Shown in pieces: positions 49,145 through 62,093 of a stretch of 64,000 nucleotides of DNA. The stretch covers positions 82,155,450 through 82,219,449 of the forward strand of contig NC_057711.1 in NCBI RefSeq assembly GCF_004010195.1. Reading direction: 5' to 3'. The translations under genes and the position numbers were made by a program. Every line of letters starts with the position of its first letter. Within the stretch, counting starts at the first letter, position 1. The notes beneath the pieces were generated by a model that was given only the letters and a program-made list of their open reading frames with translations, was not told the origin of the DNA and did not search any database. This DNA comes from Chiloscyllium plagiosum. Lineage: Eukaryota.

Positions 49145-51720
49145 ACAAGGCTTAGAAGATATAATAGGCTACAAAGCAAAATCGAATAGAATCACTGACA
49201 ACGATGCATCCCCGATGAGCACATTCTATGCTCGCTTTGAACAGGTCAGTGAAATGATGTTACCTGCCCCGACAGCCTTGGGTGCACCTGTACCCACAGT
49301 CACTGCTGCAGACGTTAGATCAGCGTTCTTATACAAGATGGTAAGAACTAGGAGCAGGCGTAAGTTGCCTGGCCCTTTGAGCCTGCTGCGCCACTCAATA
49401 AGATCATGGCTAATCTTTTTGTGGACTCAGCTCCACTTACCCGCGTTTTCACCATATCCCTTTATTCCTTTATTTTTCAAAAAAGTATCTACCGTAGCTT
49501 TAAAAGCAATTACTGAAGTAGCACTACTACTTCCCTGGGCAAGGAATTCCATAGATTAACAACCCTCTGGGTGAAGAAGTTCCTTCTCAGTTCATTTCTG
49601 AACCTGCTTCCTCTAACCTTGAGGCCACGCCCTCTTGTCCTAGTTTCACCTACCAGTGGAAACATCCTATCTATTTCTATTTTATCAATTCCTTTCATAC
49701 TTTTATATGTTTCTATAATATCCCCCCCTCATTCTTCTGAATTCCAGTGAATATAATCCCAGTCTACTCAGCCTCTCCTCATAAACCAACCCCCTCAACT
49801 CTGGAATCAACCGAGTGAACCTCCTCTACACCCACCTGTAGTGCCAGTACATTCTTTCTTAAGGAAACCAAATCTGCACACAATACTCCAGGTGTGGCCT
49901 CACCAGCACCTTGTACAGCTGTGACATTACCTCTCCACTTTTAAACTCAACCTCTCAAGCAATGAAGGACAAAATTCCATTTGCCTTCTTAATTACCTGT
50001 TGTACCTGCAGACCATCCTTCTGTGATTCATGCACAAGGTCACCCAGGTCCCTCTGCAAATCAGTATGCTGCAACATTTTACCATTCAATTAATAATCTA
50101 TTTTACTGTTACTCCTACCAAAATATGACTTCACATTTACCAACGTTGTATTCCATCTGCCAGACCTTTGCCCACTCACTCAATGTATCTATGTTTCTCT
50201 GCAAAGTTTCACAGTCCTCTGCACACTTTGCTCTGCCACTCATTTTAGTGTCATTGGCAAATTTTGACACCATACACATGGTCCCCAAATCCAAATCATC
50301 GATGTAAATTGTAAATAATTGTGGTCCCAGCACCAATTCCTGAGGTACACCACTAGTCAGCAATTGCCAGCCAGAATAGCACTCATTTATCACTACTCTT
50401 TGCTTCCTGTAAGTCAACCAATCCTCTATCCATGCTAATACTCTACCCTAATACCATGCATCTTTATCTTATGCAGTAACCTCATATGCGGCACCTTATC
50501 AAAGGCCTTTTGGAAATTTAGGTATACTACATCCACTGGGTCCCCATTGTCCACCTTGCTTGAAACTTATTCATAGTACTCTAAAAGATTTGTGAAGCAT
50601 GACCTGCCCTTCATGAACCCATGCTGCGTCTGTGCAGTGGGAAAATTTCTTTCGAAATACCCGATTTCTTCCTTGATAATAGTCACAAGCATCTTCCCCA
50701 CTAGAGGTTAAGTTCACCAGTCTATAATTACCCATCTTTTGTCTACTTCCCTTTGTAAACAGTGGTGTCACATTTGCTATTGTCCAATCTGCTAGGACTG
50801 TCCCAGAGTCCAGTGAATTTTGGAAAATTACCACCAATACCTGCTATTTCTCCCACCATCTCTTTTAGTACCCTAGGATGCATTCCATCATGACCGGGAG
50901 ACTTACCTATCCTTAGCTCCATTAGTTTAACCAATATTAGCTCTTCCATAATACTTGTTTCCATGCCCTCGTCACTTGCTGGCATGTTATTAGTATCCTC
51001 CACTATGAAGACCTATGCAAAGTATCTGTTCAATGCCTCAGCCATTTCATCTTATCCCATAACTAACTGCCCCTTCTTATCCTCTAAAGGACCAACATTT
51101 ACTTTAGCCACTCTTTGTTTTATATATTTATAGAAACTTTTGCTATGTCTATATTTGGTGCTACTTTTTTTCTCATTTTATCTTCTTTAAAGCTCTTTTT
51201 GTAGCTTTCTGGGAAACGTTAAAGGTCAACAATCTTCTAGATTCCTGTTGTTTTTGGCCACTTTGTATACCTTCTCTTTCACTTTGATAGCCTGCCTTAT
51301 TTCCTTTGACACCCATGGCAGATTACCCCTCCTCTTACAGTCCTTCCTTCTCACTGGAATATACTTTTGCTGAGCACCTTGAAACATTTCTTTGAAGGTC
51401 CTCCACTCTCGTCAAGCAGAAAGTGCATAGTGGCATGGTGTAAAGATAACAATCTCTCCTTCAACATCAGCAAAATAAAGGAGCTGCTCATCAACCTCAG
51501 GAAGCCAAGTGGAGCACATGCCTCTGTCTGTATCAATGGTGCTATCACTGTGTAGCGTTGGAGGTGTGCCAGGACAAGAGAAAACTTCAAGTGTAGAAGG
51601 ACACTTTATGACACTGTAATATATTCCAAATGTTTACAATACCCTTGTGTTTGTGCTATATGCCTTACAGCAAACCTTTCCACTGACAGCACCTATGGGA
51701 CCAGGAGTGTAATGGAGCAA
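49145..51720 (+). mobile_element. Rex1/Babar-like LINE fragments (about 49145-49330 and 51412-51720) flanking an inserted CR1
   Basis: FYARFEQ...PTVTAADVRSAF and WCKDNNLSFNISKIKELLIN.RK are Rex1-type RT-region motifs. Confidence 0.65.
49335..51410 (-). mobile_element. CR1 LINE ORF2 to 3' tail
   Basis: KSPGHDGMHPRVLKE, SGVPQELVLGPQLFTIYIDDLD, FTQRVVNLWNSLP; same subfamily as 15930-16915. Confidence 0.9.
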
Positions 51721-51874
51721 AATTAACTATTTTTGGTATAGACAGTAGCAAAGCACAATGGAAGGAAATATTGCAAATATGTGGGACAATTCTGAAAAGG
51801 GCCATCTAAATGTCTTAGTTTATTAAATACAGTTTGCAAATATTTAATATTTGCATTGATATTGTTTAATATTT

Positions 51875-53005
51875 GGAAAATATGGTGTGCCACAAGGATC
51901 AATGCTATATCCCCTGCTTTTTGCCACTTACATAAATGATCTGGCTGTACATATAGGAGGAATGGTAAGTTCGCGTGATAACACCAATATTGGTGGTGTG
52001 GTGGGGCGGTAAAGGAGGTTAGAGTCAAGAGCTTGGTGCTGGAAAAGCACAGCAGGTCAAGCAGCATCCGAGGAGCAGGAAAATCGATGTTTCGGGCAAA
52101 AGCCCTTCATCGATTACCCTGCTCCTCAGACACTCCCTGACCTGCTGTGCTTTTCCAGCGCCACACTCTCGACTGTAATCTCCAGCATCTGCTGTCCTCA
52201 CTTTCGCCTAATAAAGGTGGTTGTCAGAGTATAACAGGACCTTGATCAGATGGGTGGAGTGGCAGATGGATTTTAATTTAGATAAATGCAAGGTGATGCA
52301 TTTTGTTAAGGCAAACCAGGGCAGGACTTACACAGCTGATAGTAGGGTGCTAGGGAAGTGTTGCTGACAGAAATCTTGGAATGGAGGTTCATCGCTCCTT
52401 AAAAGTGGAGTTGCAGGTAGACAGGATAGTGAAAGAAGCATTTAGTACATTTGTCTTTATTGGTCAGTGCATTGAGTATAGGAGTTCAGAGGTCATGTTG
52501 TGGATGTATAAGTGAGTTATTAAACTTGAGAGGGTTCAGAAAAGATTTACAAGCATGTTGCTGGGGTTGGATGGTTTGAGCTACAGGGAGGCTGAATAGG
52601 CTAGGGTTATTTTCTGAGGAGCCAGAGGCTGAGGGGTCACATTATAGAGGTTTATAAAATCATGAGGGGCACAGATAGGGTAAATAGACAAGGTCTTTTC
52701 TCAGGGCATGGGAGGCCAAACCTAGAGGCATGGGTTTAAGGTGAGAGGGGAAAAATTTTGAAAGAGACCAAAGGAGCAATGTTGTCATGCAGAGGGTGGT
52801 GGAAAAAGCTGCCAGAGGAAGTGGTGGAGGCTGGTACAATTACAGCATTTAAAAGGCATCTTTATGGGTACATAAATAGAAAGGGTTGAGGGGGATATGG
52901 GCCAAGTGCTGGCAAATGGGACGAGATTAATTTAGGATATCTGGATTGCATGGACAGGTTGGTCGGAAGGATCTGTTTCCATGCCATACAACTTACTGAC
53001 TGTAT
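51875..53005 (+). mobile_element. CR1 RT-to-tail fragment
   Basis: ggtgtgccacaaggatc, tggcagatggattttaat, agggttcagaaaagatttac, CR1 tail. Confidence 0.85.
52021..52211. mobile_element. Fold-back Penelope terminal-repeat element nested in CR1, with TSD
   Basis: Arms about 52038-52088 and 52109-52160 are inverted; TSD TAAAGG(A/T)GGTT at 52010-52020 and 52212-52222. Confidence 0.85.
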
Positions 53006-53324
53006 TCACCATTGTTCAAATGGATTGTAGAGATCACATATAGACAGAATTCGTTACAAGTACAAAGTTATTAACTTTGTACACTCCAGCTCAACAAAGG
53101 AACCTCCAAATCAGAGTTACAAATGCAACTGCAAAGGAATATATGTTATCTGCAAGAAAAATATTTATTTTCCTTTCATGAATTATATTAACACTTAAAT
53201 CACTGCTGGAAAGAAGTTTTTCCAAACTTTACCACAAGAGATTTGCTTTCCCACTTTTGTATTCTATCACCCTTGGAACTCCATAATTTGTGAAATCCAA
53301 AAGAGATCTGCTAACAAATGGTTC

Positions 53325-56300
53325 TCACAGGGAAGAGCGGCCAGCAAGAGGTCATTGTCCACATTGGAACCAATGACATAGGAAGGGAAAAGGTCGAAAG
53401 TCTGAAGGGAGATTAGAGAGTTAGGCAGGAATTTAAAAAGGTCATGGAGAGTAGTAATATCTGGATTAGTGTTACGAGCTAGTGAGGGCAGGAATAGGAG
53501 AATAGAGCAGATGAATGCATTGCTGAGGAGCTGGTGTATGGGAGAAGGATTCACATTTTTGGATCATTGGAATCTCTTTTGGAATAGAAGTGACCTGTAC
53601 AAGAAGGACGGATTGCACCTAAATTGGAAGGGGACTAATATACTGGCAGGGAAATTTGCTAGAGCTGCTTGGGAGGATTTAAACTAGTAAGGTTGGGACC
53701 CAGAGAGATAGTGAGGAAAGAGATCAATCTGAGACTAGTACAGTTGAGCACAGAAGCGAGTCAAACAGTCAGGGACAAGGTCAGACTAATAAATTAAACT
53801 GCATTTATTTCAATGCAAGGGGCCTAACAGGGAAGACAGATGAACTCAGGGTATGGTTAGGAACATGGGACTGGGATGTCATAGCAATTACAGAAACATG
53901 GCTCAGCGATGGTCAGGACTGGCAGCTTAATGTTCCAGAATACATGTGCTACAGGAAGGATAGAAAGGGAGGCGAGAGAGGAGGGGGAGTGGCATTTTTG
54001 ATGAGGGATAGCATTACAGCTGTGCTGAGGGAGGATATTCCTAGAAATACATCCAGGGAAGTTATTTGGGTGAAACTGAGAAATAAAAAAAGGGATGATC
54101 ACCTTATTGGGATTGTATTACAGACCCCCTGTCAAGAGGGAAATTGAGAAACAAACTTGTAAGGAGATCTCAGCTATCTGTAAGAAAAACAGGGTGGTTA
54201 TGGTAGGGGATTTTAACTTTCCAAACATAGACTGGGACTGCCATAGTGTTAAAGGGTTTAGATGGAGAGGAATTTGTTGTGTGTACAAAACAATTTTCTG
54301 ATTCAGTATGTGGATGTACCTATTAGAGAAGGTGCAAAACTTGACTTACTCTTGGGAAATAAGGCAGGGCAGATGACCGAGGTGTCAGTAGGGGAGCACT
54401 TTGGGGCCAGTGACCATAGTTCTATTAGATTTAAAATAATGATGGAAAAGGATAGACCAGATCAAAAAGTTGAAGATCTAAATTGGAGAAAGGCCAATTA
54501 GGCAAGAACTTTCGAAAGCTGATTGGAGGCAGCAGTTCGCAGGTAAAGGGACAGCTGGAAAATGGGAAGCCTTCAGAACTGAGATAACGAGAATCCAGAG
54601 AAAGTATATTCCTGTTAGGATGAAAGGGAAGGCTGGTAGGTATAGGGAATACTGGATGACTAAAGAAATTGAAGGTTTGGTTAGGGAAAAGAAGGAAGCA
54701 TATGTCAGGTATAGACAGGATAGGTCAAGTGAATCCTTAGAAGAGTATAAATAAAGTAGGAGTATACTTAAGAGGGAAGTCAGGAGGGCAAAACGGGGAC
54801 ATGAGATAGCTTTGGCAAACAGAATTAAGGAGAATCCAAAAGGGTTTTTACAAATACATTAAGGACAAAAGGGTGACTAGGGCCCCTCAAAGATCAGCAA
54901 GGCGGCCTTTGTGTGGAGCCGCAGAAAGTGGGGGAAGATACTAAATGAGTATTTTGCATCAGTATTTACTGTGGAAAAGGATATGGAAGATACAGACTGT
55001 AGGGAAATAGATGGTGACCATATGACAGAGGAGGAAGTGGTGGATGTCTTGAAACGCATAAAAGTGGATAAATCCCCAGGACCTGATCAGGTGTACCCGA
55101 GAACTCTGTGAGAAGCTAGAGAAGTAATTGTTGGGTCTTTTGCTGAGATAATTGTATCATCGATAGTCACAGGTGAGGTGCCGTAAGACTGGAGGTTGGC
55201 TAATGTGGTGCCACTGTTTAAGAAGGGTGGTAAGGACAAGCCAAGGAACTATAGACCAATGAGCCTGACGTCGGTAGTGGGCAAGCTGTTGGAGGGAATC
55301 CTGAGGGAAGGATGTACATGCATTTGGAAAGGCAAGGACTGATTAGGGATAGTCAACATGGTTTTGTGGATGAGAACTCATATCTCACAAACTTGATTGA
55401 GTTTTTTGAGGAAGTAACAGAGGATTGATGAGGGCAGAGCGGTAGATGTGATCTATATGGACTTTAGTAAGGCATTCGACAAGGCTCCCCACAGGAGACT
55501 GATTAGCAAGGTTAGATCTCACGGAATACAGGGAGAACTAGCCACTTGGATACAGAACTAGCTCAAAGGTAGAAGACAGAGGGTGGTGTTGGGGGGTTGT
55601 TTTTCACACTAGAGGTCTGTGACCAGTGGAGTGCCACAAGGATTGGTGCTGGACCCTCTACATTTTGTCATTTACATAAATGATTTGAATGCGAGCATAA
55701 CAGATACAGTTAGTAAGTTTGCAGATGACACTAAAATTGGAGGTGTAGTGGACAAAGAAGAGGGTTACCTCAGATTACAACAGGATCTGGAGTTTAATTC
55801 AGATAAATGAGAGGTGCTGCATTTTGGGAAAGCAAATCTTAGCAGGACTTATACGCTTAATGGTAAGGTCGTAGGGAGTGTTGTTGAACAAAGAGACCTT
55901 GGAGTGCAGGTTCATAGCTCCTTGAAAATGGAGTTGCAGGTAGATAAGATAATGAAGAAGGCGTTTGGTATGCTTTCCTTTATTGGTCAGAGTATTGAGT
56001 ACAGGAGTTGGGAGGTCATGTTGCAGTTGTACAGGACATTGGTTAGGCCACTGTTGGAATACTGCGTGCAATTCTGGTCTCCGTCCTATCGGAAAGATGT
56101 TGTGAAACTTGGAAGGGTTCAGAAAACATTTACAAGGATGTTGCCAGAGTTGGAGGATTTGAACTATAGGGAGAGGCTGAACAGACTGGGGCCGTTTTTC
56201 CTGGAGTGTCAGAGGCTGAGGGGTGACCTTATAGAGGTTTACAGAATTATGAGGGGCATGGATAGGGTAAATAGGCAAAGTCTTTGCCCTGGGGTCAGGG

Positions 56301-56572
56301 AGTCTAGAACTAGAGGGCATAGGTTTAGGAAGAGAGGGGCAAGATATAAAAGAGGCCTAAGGGGCAACTTTTTCACACAGATGGTGGTACGTGTATGGAA
56401 TGAGCTGCCAGACGAAGTGGTGGAGGCTGGTACAATTGCAACATTTAAGAGGCATCTAGATGGGTATATGAATGAGGGTTTGGAGGGATATGGACCAGGT
56501 GCTGGCAGGTGAGACTAGATTGGGTTGGACCAAAGGGTCTGTTTCCATGCTGTACATCTCTATGACTCTATG
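53325..56572 (+). mobile_element. CR1 LINE, ORF1 C-terminus to 3' tail, relatively young but disabled
   Basis: FLDHWNLFW..DLYKKDGLHLN, VMVGDFNFPNIDW, GASDHSSI, FADDTKIGG; ORF 55814..56512 is its intact C-terminal stretch; upstream stops and frameshifts. Confidence 0.93.
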
Positions 56573-56649
56573 AATGAGTAAGGAAAGACTTCCATCTAAC
56601 AAAGCTATCAATACTGCCAAAAATGACATTGTTCTGGATCTGGAACACA

Positions 56650-57938
56650 ATTTGTTTCAACTCAGTACTGCTCTAGAGGCTTAAAATGCATGTTACAATG
56701 TTCCCTGATTGTTGACATCAGTTTAGTAGTACTTACTAACTTGATTTGCCTACATGACTTCAAAAGGGAATAAATGAGGTTGGTAGTTACATTTGGACAT
56801 AATGTTTTGAGATTATTCATTCCTTTATATGTATACCAGAGTTAAATCTAGAGATATTATCCCGATACCACAGATAATCACTTTTACTTTATAATTAATT
56901 CTCTGGCAATTTTTAAAAGCTATTTCAAAGTAACGACAGCTACAGGATTACTGGACTACAAATGCTGAACAGGAATAGTTGAGATTAAATGATTTGCTTT
57001 TTAATGAAGGCACAGAACAATTTTTTTCTTAAATTCAGTTTAATGATGTGTGCACATAAAGTAATTGCTACTGATAAAAACTGACAGGTTAAATATTTTG
57101 TACAAGGCAGTTCAGAGAAATAATTAGATTAATATTACAAGTGACACTCAAGAAAGTAAGTGACACTTCATGTTATAATGCACATACAGTATGCTAGGAT
57201 TTTACTGGCCAAAGCCAATCTGCTGTAGTTGTAAGCACAGAGTTTAGAATAAGGTGCTCATTAAAGCTGCACAAAGATTTGAAGTCATCCAGAATTAGGA
57301 AGCTCAAAACCACACTGCAATTGCATTCAACAAGACTAGAAAGGTACTGAAATCTTTTTAGTGAAATAATATGCAATGAAGTACATTTTTATGCATTTCA
57401 TTTTGTATATAAAGCAAAGTAATAAATATTAGATTTGGTGGGATCTTGCATTTAGTCTTTTTGATGCTATTTGCCTTAACGCATGCTTCAATCACAATAC
57501 GCAGTGGGCTGTCAGACACTGCGGCTTTGATCAGTTTCTTCTGCATCTCTTGCAAGTCTTTGTTCTATACAAATTGCTATCAAGAGGCTACTGATTAGCT
57601 AGTGACTACTAGTTACTAGCTACTACAGTAAGACTTGAGATTTAAACAGATTTTCAGGTCAGACCAAAAAACTTATTCACATGACTCAAGTTCCTAAAAA
57701 TTACAAACGAAATAAAGTTTTTATGCATGCACAATATCTTGGCCTGACCAAAAAAATCTCAATACTTATGTACTGTACAAATGCCTCTGTGCACTCATTT
57801 ATCATGTCATTTTCTCCAATCGCCAACTACAAGACTGAACCTCAAAAGTCAAGCTGAAAAGAACATTTGTTTTTAAAGATTTAACTGCTGTTATATCAAA
57901 AATAAATTACAATTTATTTGCAAGCTGCAGAATATTTG
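56650..57938 (-). other. Probable UBQLN1 3' UTR with ATTAAA poly(A) signal candidates at 57039-57044 and 57000-57005
   Basis: About 1.3 kb of AT-rich, repeat-free sequence after the stop codon; the 3' limit is uncertain. Confidence 0.6.
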
Positions 57939-58139
<201 letters not shown>

Positions 58140-58584
58140 TCACCAGATATTCCCTATTCATAATAAATAGAAGAGTATTGCATAGATCTCCAGGTGCCTA
58201 TCTTCAGAAGTAAGCATTGACAATGAGTGTTGACAGATTATACAATGGGAGTACACAGTAAATCAATATAAACTGGTCTTCAGCCAACGAATGACTCCAC
58301 TCACATATAAACACAGATTTTTCAACTAGCAATCATGGAACTGTAGCTCAGTGGTAACACTGCAGGTTCAAGTCCCATCTAGAAACCGCAGATTTCTCTA
58401 GCTTAGAGAATGATCAAAACAAAAATAATGCAGAACAGAATAGTTAAACCAACACAGTATTTCTTCAAAGGCATGTACTTCCCCCTTCATGATGCCCTTC
58501 AAATAAGCATTTCACCAGCTGCTTTCAACACACAAGCAGGCTGCTGATAGCAAAAGGGGAAAAAATGATCAAAGATAATGGAAA

Positions 58585-59070
58585 TCAAATGAAAACAGAA
58601 AATACTGGAAAGCATTTTGTGGGGAGAGAAACAGTTAATATTTTGGATTGATAAACATTCATCAGAAGCAAATGTTTAGGACCTGTAGAATCTTTCCAGT
58701 ATTTTCTGCTTTCAGTTTAGCCTAGAAAAGTAATATGTCGCTTGAGAAGACCAAGAAATTATGTTAAAAAAAAATTTGGCTTGAGAAAAACAATAATAGG
58801 AAGTAATATAATGGTAAGAAAGTTATGGAGCCTCTTGCCAACTATCCAAATAACTAAAATAAACAAGGAATTAAAGATGCCAGAAATGTGAAACAAAAAC
58901 ATTGCTGGAGAAATCCAGCAGGTCTGGCAGCATCTTTGGAGAGAAAACAGAGTTAATGCTCAGTACAACTCTGTTCTGAAGAAGAATCACTGGACTCAGT
59001 TAATTTTTTTTCTCTCTTCAGAGATGCTGCCAGAACTGCTGAGTTTCTTCAACAATTTCTGTTTTTGCTT
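58585..59070. mobile_element. Two decayed fold-back Penelope terminal-repeat elements (about 58585-58717 and 58862-59070) in the last UBQLN1 intron
   Basis: cagcaggtctggcagcatctttggagaga ... tctcttcagagatgctgccagaactgctg inverted arms with central CTGAAGA; acagaaaatactggaaag ... ctttccagtattttctg. Confidence 0.68.
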
Positions 59071-59404
59071 TCCAAACAACTGGTTTGTCATAAATCATTA
59101 GACAAGGTTGCAATCAGCAGAAAGAAAACCAAAATTGACAATTGTATGGATGTCATGTTTTCACTTTGTTTGACAAAAGCAAAATCATTACTGCCTGAAA
59201 GATATGGTATGAACAAGCCTAGAAAAGTCACTGACACATGGCCTCATTACATCCATTTACAGTAAATTTTGAAATGGGGCTAATACTCTGCTTTAAGAGT
59301 GTTGAAGATTAATGTTTTGTCATTCATAAATTAAATGAAACAAATATATGATAGTACCTTTAGTTATATAGATCTGTTTATTGGGCAAAGGGTTTAACTG
59401 TTAC

Positions 59405-59600
59405 AGTGTAGTACTGAGATAGGGCTTGAGTGCTGGGGGTGTTATCTTTCAAAGATGTTAAACCAAGGGCCAATCTGCCCACCGGGTGGACATTCAAAAT
59501 AGTGCTAGGGCAGCTACAGGAAGTTCTCACTCCCAACCAACATCAAAAGAATGGATTATCTGGCCATCGTATTGCAAGTTTATCACAGGATTTTACAGCA
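59405..59600 (+). mobile_element. Deu-domain SINE remnant in a UBQLN1 intron
   Basis: gtagtactgag...gatgttaaaccaagg...ggtggac...caaccaacatca...gattatctggccat; parallels 4862-5645. Confidence 0.55.
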
Positions 59601-59699
59601 CATTTTATCCATCTGTTTCAGCCCTTCAACAGCATTATCCCATTAGTTTTCCATCGCTTCCTTCATTGTCCTGCAAGCATTTTTCTTATTCCCTTTTTA

Positions 59700-61290
59700 A
59701 AAAGCTATCATACACCACTATCAGACATTGCATTCCAGATCATTTTAACTTAAAAAAACTCATTTTCACCACCACTGTATTTGTCACTTTAAATGTGACT
59801 CCTGGTTACTAATCCTACTCCTTTTGGAAAAACTATTCCTTATTTATTTGATCAAACCTTTCTGAATATTTCTATTACGTAACTTTCTGTTTGAAGGACA
59901 ACAATCTGAGATTGTCTAGTTTCTCAACCTAATTGGAGCTCCCCTCTCATTAATACCATTACAATAATTCTATCCTGCACGCTTTCAAACCTGCCCTTCT
60001 TCCAGAGATATAACGACTCAAAACTACACAATACTCCAGATGAGGCCTATCCAGATGATTTCTAAGGTTTGATTTATTTTATTTTAAAATTTGCTTATGG
60101 GATGTCTGCACTGCTGGCTTGGGCAGCTTTACTGACTATCCCTAATTGCCCTGAGTAAGGTAATGGTGAGCCAATTCTTGAATTATTATTATTCTATAAA
60201 AGTTGTCAATGTTGTCATGTAATTTGCAAACTTTAATTATGTCCCATATATTTGAAACATAAGGAAATGTCAAACAGGCAGCAAACCTAATACTAGTGAT
60301 TTACAGCATACTTCCCTCTGGTCTGAAAAATCATTCGTCACCAGTCTACTTTCTTTCCCATGACAATTTCTTATCCATATTCTTCTTTAAGCCCATGGAT
60401 TTCAGTTTTGCCAGTAAGTCTATTACGTACTGCTTTAACAACAGTGAAAACACCAACTGCCTTATTCTTGTCAATCCTTTCCTTACTTTAATCACTGAAC
60501 TCAAATTAATTCAGTGAAAATTGGTTTGTCTTTTAAGCAACCTGTACTGATTGCCATTGATTATATCATGCTTTTCCTAAATGACAATTAAATTTCTCCC
60601 TATTATCATCTTTAGATTCAATTGCCTGTATTTAGTCAATTACAGGTAGTTCTTCTTTAATACTATGGTTGCGTTCTTGTGCAACCCCACATTATGGAAA
60701 AATTGTGCTTTAGAAACAGAGTTTAAAGTGTTGGCGATGTAATCACATTACAGGCAACACACGTTTCAAAAGTTTGTGCTTTAGAAATAATGTGCCCAAT
60801 TCAAATCGCATTACAACAAATTCACATTAACTAAACACACATTACAGCATAACCACCTGTATCCCTTCCTGCTTTTTACTGACCAGGGCATAACATTTTT
60901 ATTCCTTCAACCCTCAGAAACCAGATGTGTATCTAAGTGGTGGAAGATTGTGACTAGAGCCTCAACAATTTCCGTGTTCCTACCTAAAGTGTCTTTTCCA
61001 ATTTTATAATCTTTTGATTGCCTCTTTAGTCTAATCCTAGTCATTTTCTCTAATATCTTTCCCTTTACTGTAACATTCGCAGGATTCTCTTCTCCAGTGA
61101 GCACAGACACAAGTGTGCCATACAGTGTGACTGAGTAAATGGTTTTATTCCCAAAATTGCCCATTTGATCTCAATTAAACAACTGTAGGGAAGTCCCAAT
61201 GCATCATCAGGCATTTCCCATTTACAATTTAGGATTGCAATCTGAAAACCTGGCACCCTTCCAAAATCATAGGACATTTCGAAAATTATG
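59700..61290 (-). mobile_element. Very old CR1 fragments in a UBQLN1 intron
   Basis: Scattered motifs, e.g. aactacacaatactccagatgaggcct and EIVEALVTIF on minus. Confidence 0.55.
60643..60859. mobile_element. 217-bp MITE of Tc1/mariner (Tigger/pogo-like) type
   Basis: TA at 60641-60642 and 60860-60861; terminal inverted repeats CAGGTAGTTCTTCTTTAA and CAGGTGGTTATGCTGTAA (14/18 identical). Confidence 0.72.
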
Positions 61291-61421
61291 ACAAATGGTT
61301 TATGAACACAGTTTCAATTCCATACCCCAAGGACTACTCCCTCCCCCTTAAGAGAAACTGAAACTCATTATGTTCTATCATAATTCTTGATCAATTGTAT
61401 TTTTATTTAATTTTCTACTAC

Positions 61422-61566
61422 CTGAGAGTTTGCCCCAGCTAATGCTTGCAACATTTGCTGCACAAAATGCTGTTGTCCATCAGTTCCCATTGTGCCACCT
61501 GCTCCACCAGCATTCTCATTTGTGCCAGGTGCAATTGTGCCAATTCCTCCAACACCACTGCCATAC
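61422..61566 (-). CDS. UBQLN1: Ubiquilin penultimate coding exon (YGSGVGGIGTIAPGTNENAGGAGGTMGTDGQQHFVQQMLQALAGANSQ)
   Basis: Within ORF 61407..61613; QQ.F.QQMLQALAG motif typical of ubiquilins; acceptor ttttctcccacaaag|G and donor CAG|GTAGTA on the minus strand; ends in phase 0. Confidence 0.88.
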
Positions 61567-61780
61567 CTTTGTGGGAGAAAAGTTAAACAGAATACTTCAA
61601 TCAAAGCTTCCAACAGGGAATAAATGAGATATTAACAACATTAACTTCAATGTTTAAATGAAAAGTTTCCAAAAGCTGCACCACAAGCACCATGCTTGAA
61701 ATTAAGTCAGCTTGAGGCTAATGTTTGTAACAAGAATATTCAAGCAAAATAATATAGATGGAATTTGCCCTGATGATTTT

Positions 61781-62093
61781 TTAGATTAGATTACATTACA
61801 GTGTGGAAACAGGCCCTTCGGCCCAACAAGTCCACACCGACTCGCCGAAGTGTAACCCACCCATACCCCTACATTTACCCCTTACCTAACACTACGGGCA
61901 ATTTAGCATGGCCAATTCACCGAACCTGCACATCTTTGGACTGTGGGAGGAAACCGGAGCACCCGGAAGAAACCCACGCAGACACAGGGAGAACGTGCAA
62001 ACTCCACACAGCCAGTCGCCTGAGGCGGGAATTGAACCCGGGTCTCTGGCGCTGTGAGGCAGCAGTGCTAACCACTGTGCCACCGTGCCGCCC
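61781..62093 (-). mobile_element. HE1-type SINE, full length, low divergence, in a UBQLN1 intron
   Basis: GGGCGGCACGGTGGCACAGTGGTTAGCACTGC head, intact B box, retained CpGs, (TCTAA)n tail. Confidence 0.93.

Noticed and set aside
55814..56512. 232-aa ORF (also 62234..63025, 263 aa, and 46072..46527) as host genes or active retrotransposases
   Set aside because: They are C-terminal pieces of CR1 ORF2; upstream parts carry stops, frameshifts or truncations, so no intact autonomous element is present.
58337..58385. tRNA-like sequence GTAGCTCAGTGGTAACACTGCAGGTTCAAGTCCCA
   Set aside because: A and B boxes are too close, with no anticodon arm or acceptor stem; best read as a deleted SINE head, not a tRNA gene.
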